32,000 bases of DNA from an uncultured bacterium (GTDB lineage Bacteria; Margulisbacteria; WOR-1; CAVSGV01), in contig OY969425.1 in the NCBI GenBank assembly GCA_963699255.1, positions 1,290,001 to 1,322,000 of the forward strand. The letters run 5' to 3'. The notes beneath the pieces were generated by a model that saw nothing but the letters and a program-made list of their open reading frames with translations, did no database searches and had not been told where the DNA came from. Below, piece after piece: positions 1 to 7,731 of this stretch. The translations under genes and the position numbers were made by a program. The first letter of the stretch is position 1; each line of letters opens with the position of its first letter.

Positions 1-597
1 CTCCTGGGCGGAGGGTTTTTCCATCTTCTTGCGGAAGCGCTGGAGAAAATGACGCCCTTTCAAACTTTCACGATCACAATCATCGGCTTCCTGGTATTTT
101 TCGTCCTTGAAGAGTATCTTCACTGGCATCAGTGCGAAGAATGGGATATTCACCCATACAGCTACCTGATGATCATCGGCGATTCGGCGCACAATATCCT
201 TGACGGGCTGGTCATCGCCGGCACATTCATGGTGAGCGCTCCTCTTGGCATAATAACGACCGGACTTATAATAGCGCACGAGGTCCCGCAGGAGCTCGGG
301 GTCTTTTGCGTGCTTGTTTCGGGAGGTTTCAACAAGTCACAGGCGATATATTACAGCTTTCTTGCGCAGTGCACCTGTGTCTTGGGAGGCGTTCTTGGAT
401 TTTTCTTTATGAATAGGCTCACCGCTCTTTCTTCTCTTATCGTGCCTTTCGCCGCCGGCGGATTCATATACATCGCCGCGTCAGACCTGATCCCGGGAAT
501 GCATAAGACGGAGGGCATTGAAAAGATTTCCTCTTTTGCCTGGCTCTGTGTCGGCATAATTCTGATGGTCGTTACAAAAATATATTTGAAGGTGTAG
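1..597 (+). CDS. ZIP-family (ZupT-like) divalent metal transporter, 5' end cut by window edge
   Basis: Frame 1 is open from base 1 (LLGGGFFHLLAEALEK precedes the tracked Met at 49). Hydrophobic helices throughout. ZIP signature HEVPQELG present. Confidence 0.8.
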   Translation, partial: LLGGGFFHLLAEALEKMTPFQTFTITIIGFLVFFVLEEYLHWHQCEEWDIHPYSYLMIIGDSAHNILDGLVIAGTFMVSAPLGIITTGLIIAHEVPQELGVFCVLVSGGFNKSQAIYYSFLAQCTCVLGGVLGFFFMNRLTALSSLIVPFAAGGFIYIAASDLIPGMHKTEGIEKISSFAWLCVGIILMVVTKIYLKV

Positions 598-601
598 ATA
601 C

Positions 602-640
602 GAATTTGGAAGAAAGGAAAAAGGGGAATTTGGGATAGAA
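602..640 (+). repeat. Purine-rich low-complexity tract directly 3' of the ZIP stop
   Basis: GAATTTGGAAGAAAGGAAAAAGGGGAATTTGGGATAGAA. GAATTTGG occurs twice. GGGGAATTTGGGATAGA resembles GGGAAGTTTGGGATATAG at 9022-9039. Confidence 0.4.
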
Positions 641-679
641 CTTAACAATGAAATTTCTGGCCTCACCCAGCTTACATGA

Positions 680-706
680 GAACCTGCGACTGAAAGTCGC
701 GGTTCC
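680..706 (-). repeat. REP-like bulged hairpin, type A (inner stem GCGACT/AGTCGC)
   Basis: GAACC-T-GCGACT-GAA-AGTCGC-GGTTC(C): 5+6 bp stem with one bulged base. On the minus strand it reads GGAACC GCGACT TTC AGTCGC A GGTTC, the same architecture as 1175-1202. Confidence 0.65.
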
Positions 707-781
707 TGATATTGAATGTAGATGTAATTTCTCCCCAGTGATAATTGTATGGGCCCTGAGAGGAAAACTCTTCATTCCGGT

Positions 782-1204
782 TTAAATAAACCTCTTATCC
801 AAGCCATTTATTGATTGTTGCTTGATATATCTTGAAATAGCCAAGATGTTATTTTGCTCGATTTCTTCAGCATAGTAAGACCTCCCCCAAAGTTTTCTAT
901 ATTCATATCGATTTGTGTTGAAGCGTTCAAAGAATCGTTTCGAAGAAATCCCTTTTATTACTCTCATCACATAATCAATGCGATGGCTTCTTTCAAACTC
1001 TATCAACAGGTGGACATGATCTGATACAATATGACAACTAATAATACAAAATCCTTTAGATATCGATATTTCTTTGAAGGAATCATATAAGAATCTTACA
1101 GCAACTTTATCAATAAGCACCGGTTTGCTTTTATATGTTCTGAATACAAAATGATAAACAATCATTGTTTTGTTGGAACCGAGGCTTTTAGCCTCAGGTT
1201 CCAT
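782..1204 (-). CDS. tnpA: IS200/IS605-family Y1 (HUH) transposase TnpA, possibly a REP-associated (RAYT-like) form
   Basis: YHFVFRTYKSKPVL N-terminus, HUH motif DHVHLLI, KGISSKRF, catalytic-Tyr block LWGRSYYAEE, RYIKQQ. Start is ambiguous: ATG 1204 (GAGGA 9-13 nt upstream), ATG 1165 (typical IS200 N-terminus MIVYHF) or the tracked ATG 1270. Confidence 0.85.
   Translation of the reverse strand: MEPEAKSLGSNKTMIVYHFVFRTYKSKPVLIDKVAVRFLYDSFKEISISKGFCIISCHIVSDHVHLLIEFERSHRIDYVMRVIKGISSKRFFERFNTNRYEYRKLWGRSYYAEEIEQNNILAISRYIKQQSINGLDKRFI
1175..1202 (+). repeat. REP-like bulged hairpin, type B (inner stem GAGGCT/AGCCTC)
   Basis: GGAACC GAGGCT TTT AGCCTC A GGTTCC: 6+6 bp stem with bulged A. It lies at or over the 5' end of tnpA, inverted relative to 680-706. 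Confidence 0.65.
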
Positions 1205-1282
1205 GGTCTTTTCCTCTTTTCCATTTTCCTGCATTCCCTGCTCCCCGGACTTGTTGCCTAACTTTCCCATATTTCCTCTTCC

Positions 1283-2377
1283 CTACTCCATAATGTGCGG
1301 CGTGATCAGGAATATGACGTCCGTCTTTGTTTTTTCGGTGACTTTGCTCTGGAACAATCCACCCAGCAATGGAATTTCCGAGAATACCGGTATCCTGGAT
1401 ATATTTTCCCTGTCAGATTCGTTCAGCAATCCGCCTATCACAAGGGTCTCTCCGTCGCGGATCCGTACAGTAACAGATGCGTTCCTTGTTGCGATAACGG
1501 GGAATTCCCCTGCTGATGTCGTCCGCCATTCGGAGATATTGCTTACCTCCGGCTTTATGGTCGATACTATCGTCCCGTCGCTTGCCACTGTCGGAAGGAT
1601 CTTTAAATTGACCCCGGCATCGATATATTGTATAGCCCACTGCGTGGAAGTGGATGTTGTTCCGGCCGGAACGGCATAAGGGATGCGGCTGCCGATATTT
1701 ATCTCGGCTTCTTTTCCGTCAAGCGCCGTGATCTTCGGGTTGGCAAGTATACTTGCCTTTCCCGACGCGACCAGCGCGTTTACGGCGCCAAGGATATTAT
1801 CCGATTGCGAGATCCCTCCCGTGCTCTTGTCTATGGAAAACTTGAAGCTCCCCTGCTCATTTCCCCAGATAATACCGATGTCAGATAGTCCGCTTTGAGA
1901 CACTTCAACTACTTTTCCCTCGATAAAGATCTGCGGTATTTTTTTATCAAGGGACACTATGATCTTTTGCGCTTCATTTATATCATCCCGCTCCCCGCGA
2001 ATGATGATGGAATTTGAGTCGTCATTCTTGACGGCGATAATATTCGGGATCGCGCGTGATATGGTCTCCACCACTTTATCAGGTGAAATATTTTTGATGT
2101 TTATGACTTTGCACTCTGGTTTCGGCTCTTTTGCGCTTCCCCTAAGGCTATCATAGGAACTTATCATTTCCCTGGATGCTGGCTCGATCTCTTCGGCTTC
2201 CCCCGTAGGAATGCTTATCGATACTCCACCGGACCTTTCTGCCGACGGTGAACACGAGGATAAGAAGACCAATGTAATTAGAATAAGGAAGCCTGCGACT
2301 AAATCCCGACATAAAGTCTGGACAAGCTGTCGCGGCTTCCAATTTACAATAGCCCTTTTATTAAGATTTTCGTTCAT
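1283..2377 (-). CDS. Secretin-family outer-membrane channel (GspD/PilQ-type C-domain), short lipoprotein form
   Basis: Secretin blocks LANPKITALDGKEAEINIG, VIATRNASVTVRIRDGETLVIGGL, IPVFSEIPLLGGLFQ and DVIFLITPHI. One N-domain-like segment (IIIRGERDDINEAQKII). N-terminal hydrophobic helix ends in lipobox-like FLSSC. Confidence 0.85.
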   Translation of the reverse strand: MNENLNKRAIVNWKPRQLVQTLCRDLVAGFLILITLVFLSSCSPSAERSGGVSISIPTGEAEEIEPASREMISSYDSLRGSAKEPKPECKVINIKNISPDKVVETISRAIPNIIAVKNDDSNSIIIRGERDDINEAQKIIVSLDKKIPQIFIEGKVVEVSQSGLSDIGIIWGNEQGSFKFSIDKSTGGISQSDNILGAVNALVASGKASILANPKITALDGKEAEINIGSRIPYAVPAGTTSTSTQWAIQYIDAGVNLKILPTVASDGTIVSTIKPEVSNISEWRTTSAGEFPVIATRNASVTVRIRDGETLVIGGLLNESDRENISRIPVFSEIPLLGGLFQSKVTEKTKTDVIFLITPHIME

Positions 2378-2385
2378 TGTTTTTA

Positions 2386-2424
2386 TTTAGGAAACCGCAA
2401 CGATACTGTCGCAGGTTTCCTAAA
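2386..2424 (+). repeat. REP-like hairpin, variant copy
   Basis: TTTAGGAAACC GCAAC GATACT GTCGC A GGTTTCCTAAA. Outer stem GGAAACC/GGTTTCC with the same bulged A and a GC..GTCGC inner stem as the type A element read on the minus strand. Confidence 0.55.
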
Positions 2425-2432
2425 TGCCTTTG

Positions 2433-2449
2433 TAGCAATTCTCATGCCA
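2433..2449 (-). promoter_or_regulatory. sigma54 (-24/-12) promoter upstream of the secretin gene
   Basis: Minus strand reads TGGCATGAGAATTGCTA, i.e. TGGCAYG-N4-TTGCW with GG and GC correctly spaced. 16/17 identical to 16512-16528. Confidence 0.6.
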
Positions 2450-2524
2450 TACAATAGCTGGTCAAATAAACAGGGGTATTGTTGAAAGAATCTACAATTG
2501 ATGCTGATTCAGACTACAGAATGA

Positions 2525-4126
2525 TCACTTCTGGTTGGAAAGAAGGACCATGTCCCCGGCTTCATAAACAAGAAAAAGGGAGCCCCCACTGTCATGCCCA
2601 AGGCTCATAAAGTCTTTCGTATTGGTGATCAACAATAACTTTTCCGGACGTTTAAGCTGATCCCTCAGGTCAAAGATATTGCCGATCCATATGACAGGCT
2701 TATCCAGATAGTACATGAAACTTCCTTTATTCAAAACTTTATATCCAACAATGGTTTCGTTGCTCGTGTATTGAGAGTTGATCTTTTGGGATATGGCCTT
2801 CATGGGCTTGAAATAATCAAGGGTTATCATTGTGTAACTTGCCGTATATATCGAAAAAATGAGCATGGTAATCACCAGGACAGCGAGAGGGGCGGCGGAA
2901 TCGCGCTTTTTAAAGAACCAGAGGGAAGATGCAATGCCGCCTATCCCTATAATGAACAGCATCACATTGATATTTGCCAGGATCCTGTCGAACGTGTCCG
3001 GGAATTCAAACACCTTAAGCAGCGCCCCGATCACAAGAAGTCCTATTGAAAATACGGCGAGGGTCTTATAGGCTCTGGAGATCAATGTCGGAAGTCCCGA
3101 GTCTTCGCCTGAAAAATGGTCCTGGACCATTTTTGCGACCGAGATCGCCGCGATAGGATAAAAGGGCATCAGGTATCCCGGCAGTTTCGTGCCCGCGATG
3201 GAAAAGAAGATGAGCACGATCCCCATCCATAACATCGAGAACAGGTTGTTGCCGTCCCCTCTTTTTTCCCACTGGTGAGCTAATGAATAAGGCAGGAAAG
3301 AGATCCACGGGATAAAACCTATGATCATGACCGGCACATAAAAATACCACGGCCCGTAGTGCTGTTCTATGGTGGTAAGATATCTTCCTATCAGGTAAAA
3401 GCCGAAAACGCTGTCAACGAATGTCTTTCCGTGGATCATCACCTCCGCCGTATACCAGGTTCCGCCGATAAGGTAAGTGATGAGCGCCCCCAAAAGGATC
3501 CTGAAGTTGAATAAAGCTCTCAGTCTACCCGTGATAGAAAGGTAAGGTATTATCACAAGAAGCGGCAACAGCACGCCTACGGGGCCCTTCATGAACACGG
3601 CGAGCCCCATCGATAGAAAGAAAAGATAATAATACCTGGGAAGCCTGTCTTCCATCCAGTAAAATAAGAACAGCAAAGCCAGCATCTCAAAGAACACGAG
3701 CGGTATGTCAAATATCGCCATCCGCGCCTGCAGAATATACTGAAGACTTGTTGCAATGATGAAACCCGCGAGTATGCCTGTCCCGTCCTTGTACATCTTC
3801 TTCCCCAGCAGGTATGTCACATAAACAAGGCCGACGGCAAATAGCGCGCTCCAGAGCCTTGTGTTGAATTCGTTGACACCAAAAATATATGAGCTTAAAG
3901 CTGTAAGCCACATATAGAAAGGCGGATGAATGAACCAGTTATGCCCGAAGAGGTGAAGCGTCAGCCAGTCCCCGCTGCGCACGATCTCCCTGGCTGCCTG
4001 GGAGTAAATGACCTCGTCCGTTTCAAAGAGGGAAGGCGCTCCAAGCTTGTAAAAGAAAAGGACAAATGAAATGACCATCAAGATCGGAAGCAGCACTTTT
4101 TCTTTTTTAAAGATGTTCAAGTCCAT
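2525..4126 (-). CDS. GT-C fold glycosyltransferase, family 39/83 (ArnT / PMT-like)
   Basis: 533 aa with many hydrophobic helices. First periplasmic loop has FETDEVIYSQAAREI (acidic DE pair). FMKGPVGVLLP loop is typical of ArnT-like enzymes. Confidence 0.75.
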   Translation of the reverse strand: MDLNIFKKEKVLLPILMVISFVLFFYKLGAPSLFETDEVIYSQAAREIVRSGDWLTLHLFGHNWFIHPPFYMWLTALSSYIFGVNEFNTRLWSALFAVGLVYVTYLLGKKMYKDGTGILAGFIIATSLQYILQARMAIFDIPLVFFEMLALLFLFYWMEDRLPRYYYLFFLSMGLAVFMKGPVGVLLPLLVIIPYLSITGRLRALFNFRILLGALITYLIGGTWYTAEVMIHGKTFVDSVFGFYLIGRYLTTIEQHYGPWYFYVPVMIIGFIPWISFLPYSLAHQWEKRGDGNNLFSMLWMGIVLIFFSIAGTKLPGYLMPFYPIAAISVAKMVQDHFSGEDSGLPTLISRAYKTLAVFSIGLLVIGALLKVFEFPDTFDRILANINVMLFIIGIGGIASSLWFFKKRDSAAPLAVLVITMLIFSIYTASYTMITLDYFKPMKAISQKINSQYTSNETIVGYKVLNKGSFMYYLDKPVIWIGNIFDLRDQLKRPEKLLLITNTKDFMSLGHDSGGSLFLVYEAGDMVLLSNQK

Positions 4127-4172
4127 TTCACGATCAATTCTATCTTAAATACGCGATTTGTAAATAATGTTA

Positions 4173-4508
4173 TCAGGATAGTTCGTCTTTCAGCCGCCTG
4201 ATGATCCGCTGTCCGAAAAATGAAAGATCCGCTCTTTTCCCCAGCCTGTCAGCGATCCCCCTCAGAACGGATTTTGAGATGGCTGATCTTTCGGCTCTCC
4301 ATCTATCCACATCCTCGCCGAAATGTTCATCGGCCGCAAGCTCCATTTCATCGGCATTCTTCAGTTTTTCATCTCTTTCGATCGCCGGGATAAGCTGCCT
4401 TAAGACCGTATTCTTGAATTCTTTTGCCCAGCCGAGTTCACTAAGGTATTTATTGACTATCCTTTGAGCTTCCTTGCCGGGATCTATTTCAGGTGTTTCT
4501 TCCGACAT
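4173..4508 (-). CDS. Hypothetical small acidic protein
   Basis: 111 aa ORF starting 2 nt after the pyrC stop (same operon). No motif recognised. Confidence 0.45.
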   Translation of the reverse strand: MSEETPEIDPGKEAQRIVNKYLSELGWAKEFKNTVLRQLIPAIERDEKLKNADEMELAADEHFGEDVDRWRAERSAISKSVLRGIADRLGKRADLSFFGQRIIRRLKDELS

Positions 4509-4510
4509 TG

Positions 4511-5863
4511 CTATTTATTGATGTCGATGAATTTGGGAAGAGAGGGTCTGGGCATGCCCGCGCCAAGGATCTTTCCGTCCCTCATTACAAGCCTGCCTGA
4601 CACGATGGTAGCGGCTGCGGCTCCCTTCAGCTTCCATCCGTTATAAGGGGAGTTCCTGCTCTTTGAAAGGAACAATCCGCTGTCAACGATAACGGGTTTG
4701 TTCAGGTCGATGATCGTCGCGTTCCCCGGATATCCTACCTTGAAAGTCCCCGTCCTGCGGGAGAGCACCTTTGCAGGGTTGCATGTGAGTTTTTCGATTA
4801 CCTTGCTCAGCGTCAACACGCCTGAATCAACAAGTTCGGTAAGCGCCAGCGGCAGCGCGGTCTCCAGCCCAACAATGCCAAAAGCAGCATAATTGAATTC
4901 CACTTTCTTTTCTTCCATAAGGTGCGGAGCGTGATCGGTGGCGATCACGTCTATTGTGCCGTCCTTGAGCCCTTTTACTATGGCCTTTACGTCCTCTTCC
5001 GTCCTTAGCGGCGGGTTCATTTTCGCGTTTGTGTTGTAGCCTTCCACTTCGCCTTCCGTTAAAGTGAAATAATGCGGCGCGGTCTCGCACGTAACATTTA
5101 TCCCTTTATCCTTTGCCCTTCTTATTATCTCGACCGAACCCGCGGTGGAAACATGGGCTATGTGGACCTTTGAATTGAATTCCTGCGCGAGGGCGCAGTC
5201 CCTCTCGACCATCGATTCCTCGGCGGCTTTCGGTATCCCCTTAAGCCCCAGCACTGTCGACATGTACCCTTCGTTCATGACGCCGCCCGCGGACAGGTTC
5301 GAGTCCTCGCAGTGGGATATAATGACCGCGTCGAACTGTTTTGCGTATTCAAGCGCCCTTCTCATCACCTCCGCGTTCATTATGGGGTGTCCGTCATCCG
5401 AGAAAGCCACTGCTCCCGCGTCAAGAAGAAGCCCCATCTCCGCCATTTCCTCGCCTTTCAATCCTTTCGTCACGGCGGCGACAGGCATAACGCCAACAAA
5501 TCCTTCGCTCGTAGCTCTTGAAATGATATATTCAATTACGGAGGGGGTATCCGCCACGGGATTCGTATTCGCCATGCACGCGACCGCAGTAAAGCCTCCT
5601 GCCGCAGCAGCCATGGTCCCGGAAGCGATGGTTTCTTCCTCCTGCAGCCCCGGATCCCTCAGATGGCAGTGCATGTCGATGAGCCCCGGAGTAACGATCA
5701 ATCCTTTTGCGTTGAATACTTCACAGTCCCTGGATACGGTTTTTGAGAGGTTGCTTGATACGGCGGATATTTTTCCGTCAATTATCAGGATATCGATCTC
5801 GCGGTCCATCCCCTGCCCGGGGTCTATGACCCTGCCCTCTTTTATTAAGATTGACCCTGTCAT
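4511..5863 (-). CDS. pyrC: Dihydroorotase
   Basis: Amidohydrolase HxH motif DMHCHLRDPG, later ATDHAPH, 450 aa. ATGA overlap with the rnc stop. Confidence 0.9.
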   Translation of the reverse strand: MTGSILIKEGRVIDPGQGMDREIDILIIDGKISAVSSNLSKTVSRDCEVFNAKGLIVTPGLIDMHCHLRDPGLQEEETIASGTMAAAAGGFTAVACMANTNPVADTPSVIEYIISRATSEGFVGVMPVAAVTKGLKGEEMAEMGLLLDAGAVAFSDDGHPIMNAEVMRRALEYAKQFDAVIISHCEDSNLSAGGVMNEGYMSTVLGLKGIPKAAEESMVERDCALAQEFNSKVHIAHVSTAGSVEIIRRAKDKGINVTCETAPHYFTLTEGEVEGYNTNAKMNPPLRTEEDVKAIVKGLKDGTIDVIATDHAPHLMEEKKVEFNYAAFGIVGLETALPLALTELVDSGVLTLSKVIEKLTCNPAKVLSRRTGTFKVGYPGNATIIDLNKPVIVDSGLFLSKSRNSPYNGWKLKGAAAATIVSGRLVMRDGKILGAGMPRPSLPKFIDINK

Positions 5864-6624
5864 TTCTGCCTGACTATCCGCTTTTTAATTAAAGAAATAA
5901 AGCCTCTGACCTTGTTCTGCGGTTTCGTAAGCCGTGACAGCGCGACCTTCGCGGCCGCCTGCTCGGCTTCTTTTTTGTTCGCGCCCCTCCCGATCCCGTA
6001 TCTTATCCCCTTTATCTTTACCTCCATCCAGAAGATCTTTTTGTGCTTCAGCCCCTCTTCTTTGATAACGCTATAGTAAGGCAGGCCCCATTTTTTCTTC
6101 TGGACGAATTCCTGCAGCGCGGATTTAAAATCCTTAATGTATCCGACCTCGCTGATCTTATCCATTTCGGGGATCAAGAGCTCGAGCAGCGCATCCCTTG
6201 CTTTTCCCAGTCCGGCGTCAAGGTGTATGGCACCGATCAGCGCTTCAAGGGCATTCGCAAGGTTGGACTTCCTGTCCATTCCTCCCGTACGCCTTTCGTT
6301 GGAACCAAGCAGTATATATTGCCCGAGCCCTATTCTTTTTGCGGCCACAGCCAGTATTTCATCCGATATTGCTACCGCCCTTATTTTGGTCAGATCTCCT
6401 TCCTGGTATGCAGGGAACTTGTTGTAAAGGTATTCGCTGGTCACGAGCTTTATGACCGCATCACCCAGGAACTCCATCCTTTCATTGTCAGGCAATTTGT
6501 TCCTGGACTCGTGCGCGTAAGAAGAATGTGTAAGAGATTGGTTTAAAAGCGATTTATTTAAGAATGTTATTCCAATTTTGCTTTCCAGTTCCTGAAGCTG
6601 CTTGTCTCTTCGTGGAGTGAGCAT
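5860..6624 (-). CDS. rnc: Ribonuclease III
   Basis: Signature ERMEFLGDAV. C-terminal dsRBD (PYYSVIKEEGLKHKKIFWMEVKI..GRGANKKEAEQAAA). Start moved from 6663 to ATG 6624 because 6635-6663 is a good promoter. Confidence 0.9.
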   Translation of the reverse strand: MLTPRRDKQLQELESKIGITFLNKSLLNQSLTHSSYAHESRNKLPDNERMEFLGDAVIKLVTSEYLYNKFPAYQEGDLTKIRAVAISDEILAVAAKRIGLGQYILLGSNERRTGGMDRKSNLANALEALIGAIHLDAGLGKARDALLELLIPEMDKISEVGYIKDFKSALQEFVQKKKWGLPYYSVIKEEGLKHKKIFWMEVKIKGIRYGIGRGANKKEAEQAAAKVALSRLTKPQNKVRGFISLIKKRIVRQK

Positions 6625-6634
6625 TTGACAATGT

Positions 6635-6663
6635 ATTGTACAATGATTACAATTGATTATCAA
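6635..6663 (-). promoter_or_regulatory. sigma70-type promoter of rnc
   Basis: Minus strand reads TTGATA-N17-TACAAT, then 10 nt to ATG 6624 with no SD. Confidence 0.5.
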
Positions 6664-6667
6664 CTGG

Positions 6668-6782
6668 CACCTGCGACTGAACGTCGCGGTTCCGTTTTAG
6701 TTCAAGCAAGTAAATAAATGGGTAAGGCCCATTAGGTTCGTAAGGATTACTAAGTGGAGCCGAGGCGTTTAGCCTCAGGCTC
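6668..6782. mobile_element. Transposase-less REP doublet (type A' + type B' hairpins, 62 nt apart)
   Basis: 6668-6693 CACCTGCGACTGAACGTCGCGGTTCC and 6756-6782 GGAGCCGAGGCGTTTAGCCTCAGGCTC. Same order and orientation as the hairpins flanking tnpA at 680-1202. Confidence 0.6.
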
Positions 6783-6800
6783 ATTAAAAGGAATTAAAAA

Positions 6801-7724
6801 ATGGGAATATTATCCCCGATAATGAGTTTCATAGTCGACAGGGAGCCCAGCTATCCATCCCCGTCAGAGAAGATAAAGCTGAACAAGGTGATAGGCCGCT
6901 ACAGGCTCCTTTTGAAAACGATCGCATGGAGATATGACGTCGGCGAAATAAAGTTCGGCCTCGCGGACCTGCTTGTAGGGCGTAACGATCCGGGCGATTA
7001 CAAAGAAGCACTGAAGCTATATGATGAGATACTGAAGGCTATTGCTTCTCCGTATCTCAGGGCAAGGGCGCTTGCCGGAAAAGCGGAACTGATGATCAGG
7101 AGCGAAGATCTGAAGGATATCCAGGAAGCCGTGGCTCTTGCCGGGACCGCATCCAAGATAATAACGAAAGAGATAGGCCCTAATGATTTCTTCTGCCAAA
7201 AAGCCCAGGTGGTGGAGGCGGAACTCTTACAGACAAGGCTCGGCACTCCGTCGGACCTGAAGCTGGCGACCAGGCTGTTCGATAAGATCATAAAGAACGA
7301 TAAATCGAACGCTTATTTTAAAGCAAGGGCTATGGTAGGCATCTCCGAGCTCAAAACGTATTCCGCGCCGGTAAAGGAGCTCAAGAAATATGCTGAATAC
7401 TGCCACAGCGCACAGGTGCTTCTCGCCGAGAGGCCCAGCGATTATTTCATGGTAAAAGCAAGGGTGGTCGAGGCCGAAATACTCACAAGGATCGACCCTA
7501 AGAAGAATGTTAACAAGATAATCGCGCTCTGCAACCAGGTGATCCTGGCGAAAACAGCCGATATGCATCTGATGCTGAGGGCTAAACTCGTCAAAGCGGA
7601 CGTCTCAAAGCGCGAGAACGCGCTCAAACTGATCAAAGAGGTCAGGACTTCAAAAGATCTGCCAGGTTACCTTTCCGAAAAAGCGGATATCGTGGAAAAA
7701 GCGATAAACAGCCGCTTTAAGTAG
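6801..7724 (+). CDS. Hypothetical helical-repeat (TPR/Sel1-like) protein
   Basis: About five degenerate 45-aa repeats: YLRARALAGKAEL, FFCQKAQVVEAELL, YFKARAMVGISEL, YFMVKARVVEAEIL, HLMLRAKLVKADV. Confidence 0.5.
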   Translation: MGILSPIMSFIVDREPSYPSPSEKIKLNKVIGRYRLLLKTIAWRYDVGEIKFGLADLLVGRNDPGDYKEALKLYDEILKAIASPYLRARALAGKAELMIRSEDLKDIQEAVALAGTASKIITKEIGPNDFFCQKAQVVEAELLQTRLGTPSDLKLATRLFDKIIKNDKSNAYFKARAMVGISELKTYSAPVKELKKYAEYCHSAQVLLAERPSDYFMVKARVVEAEILTRIDPKKNVNKIIALCNQVILAKTADMHLMLRAKLVKADVSKRENALKLIKEVRTSKDLPGYLSEKADIVEKAINSRFK

Positions 7725-7731
7725 AGCTCAA

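Noticed and set aside
5145-5873. Long antisense ORFs lie inside pyrC, and similar ones occur elsewhere (1170-1679, 6043-6546, 10906-11514, 17195-17635, 19692-20123, 20110-20553).
   Set aside because: Each lies opposite a gene with strong family motifs. They have low-complexity Ser/Pro/Ala-rich translations and no RBS, as expected for shadow ORFs in GC-rich coding DNA.
6625-6663. A Cys/His-rich extension, MIINCNHCTIHCQ, on RNase III looks like a small zinc knuckle.
   Set aside because: The segment coincides with a near-consensus TTGATA-N17-TACAAT promoter. RNase III homology starts after the second Met.
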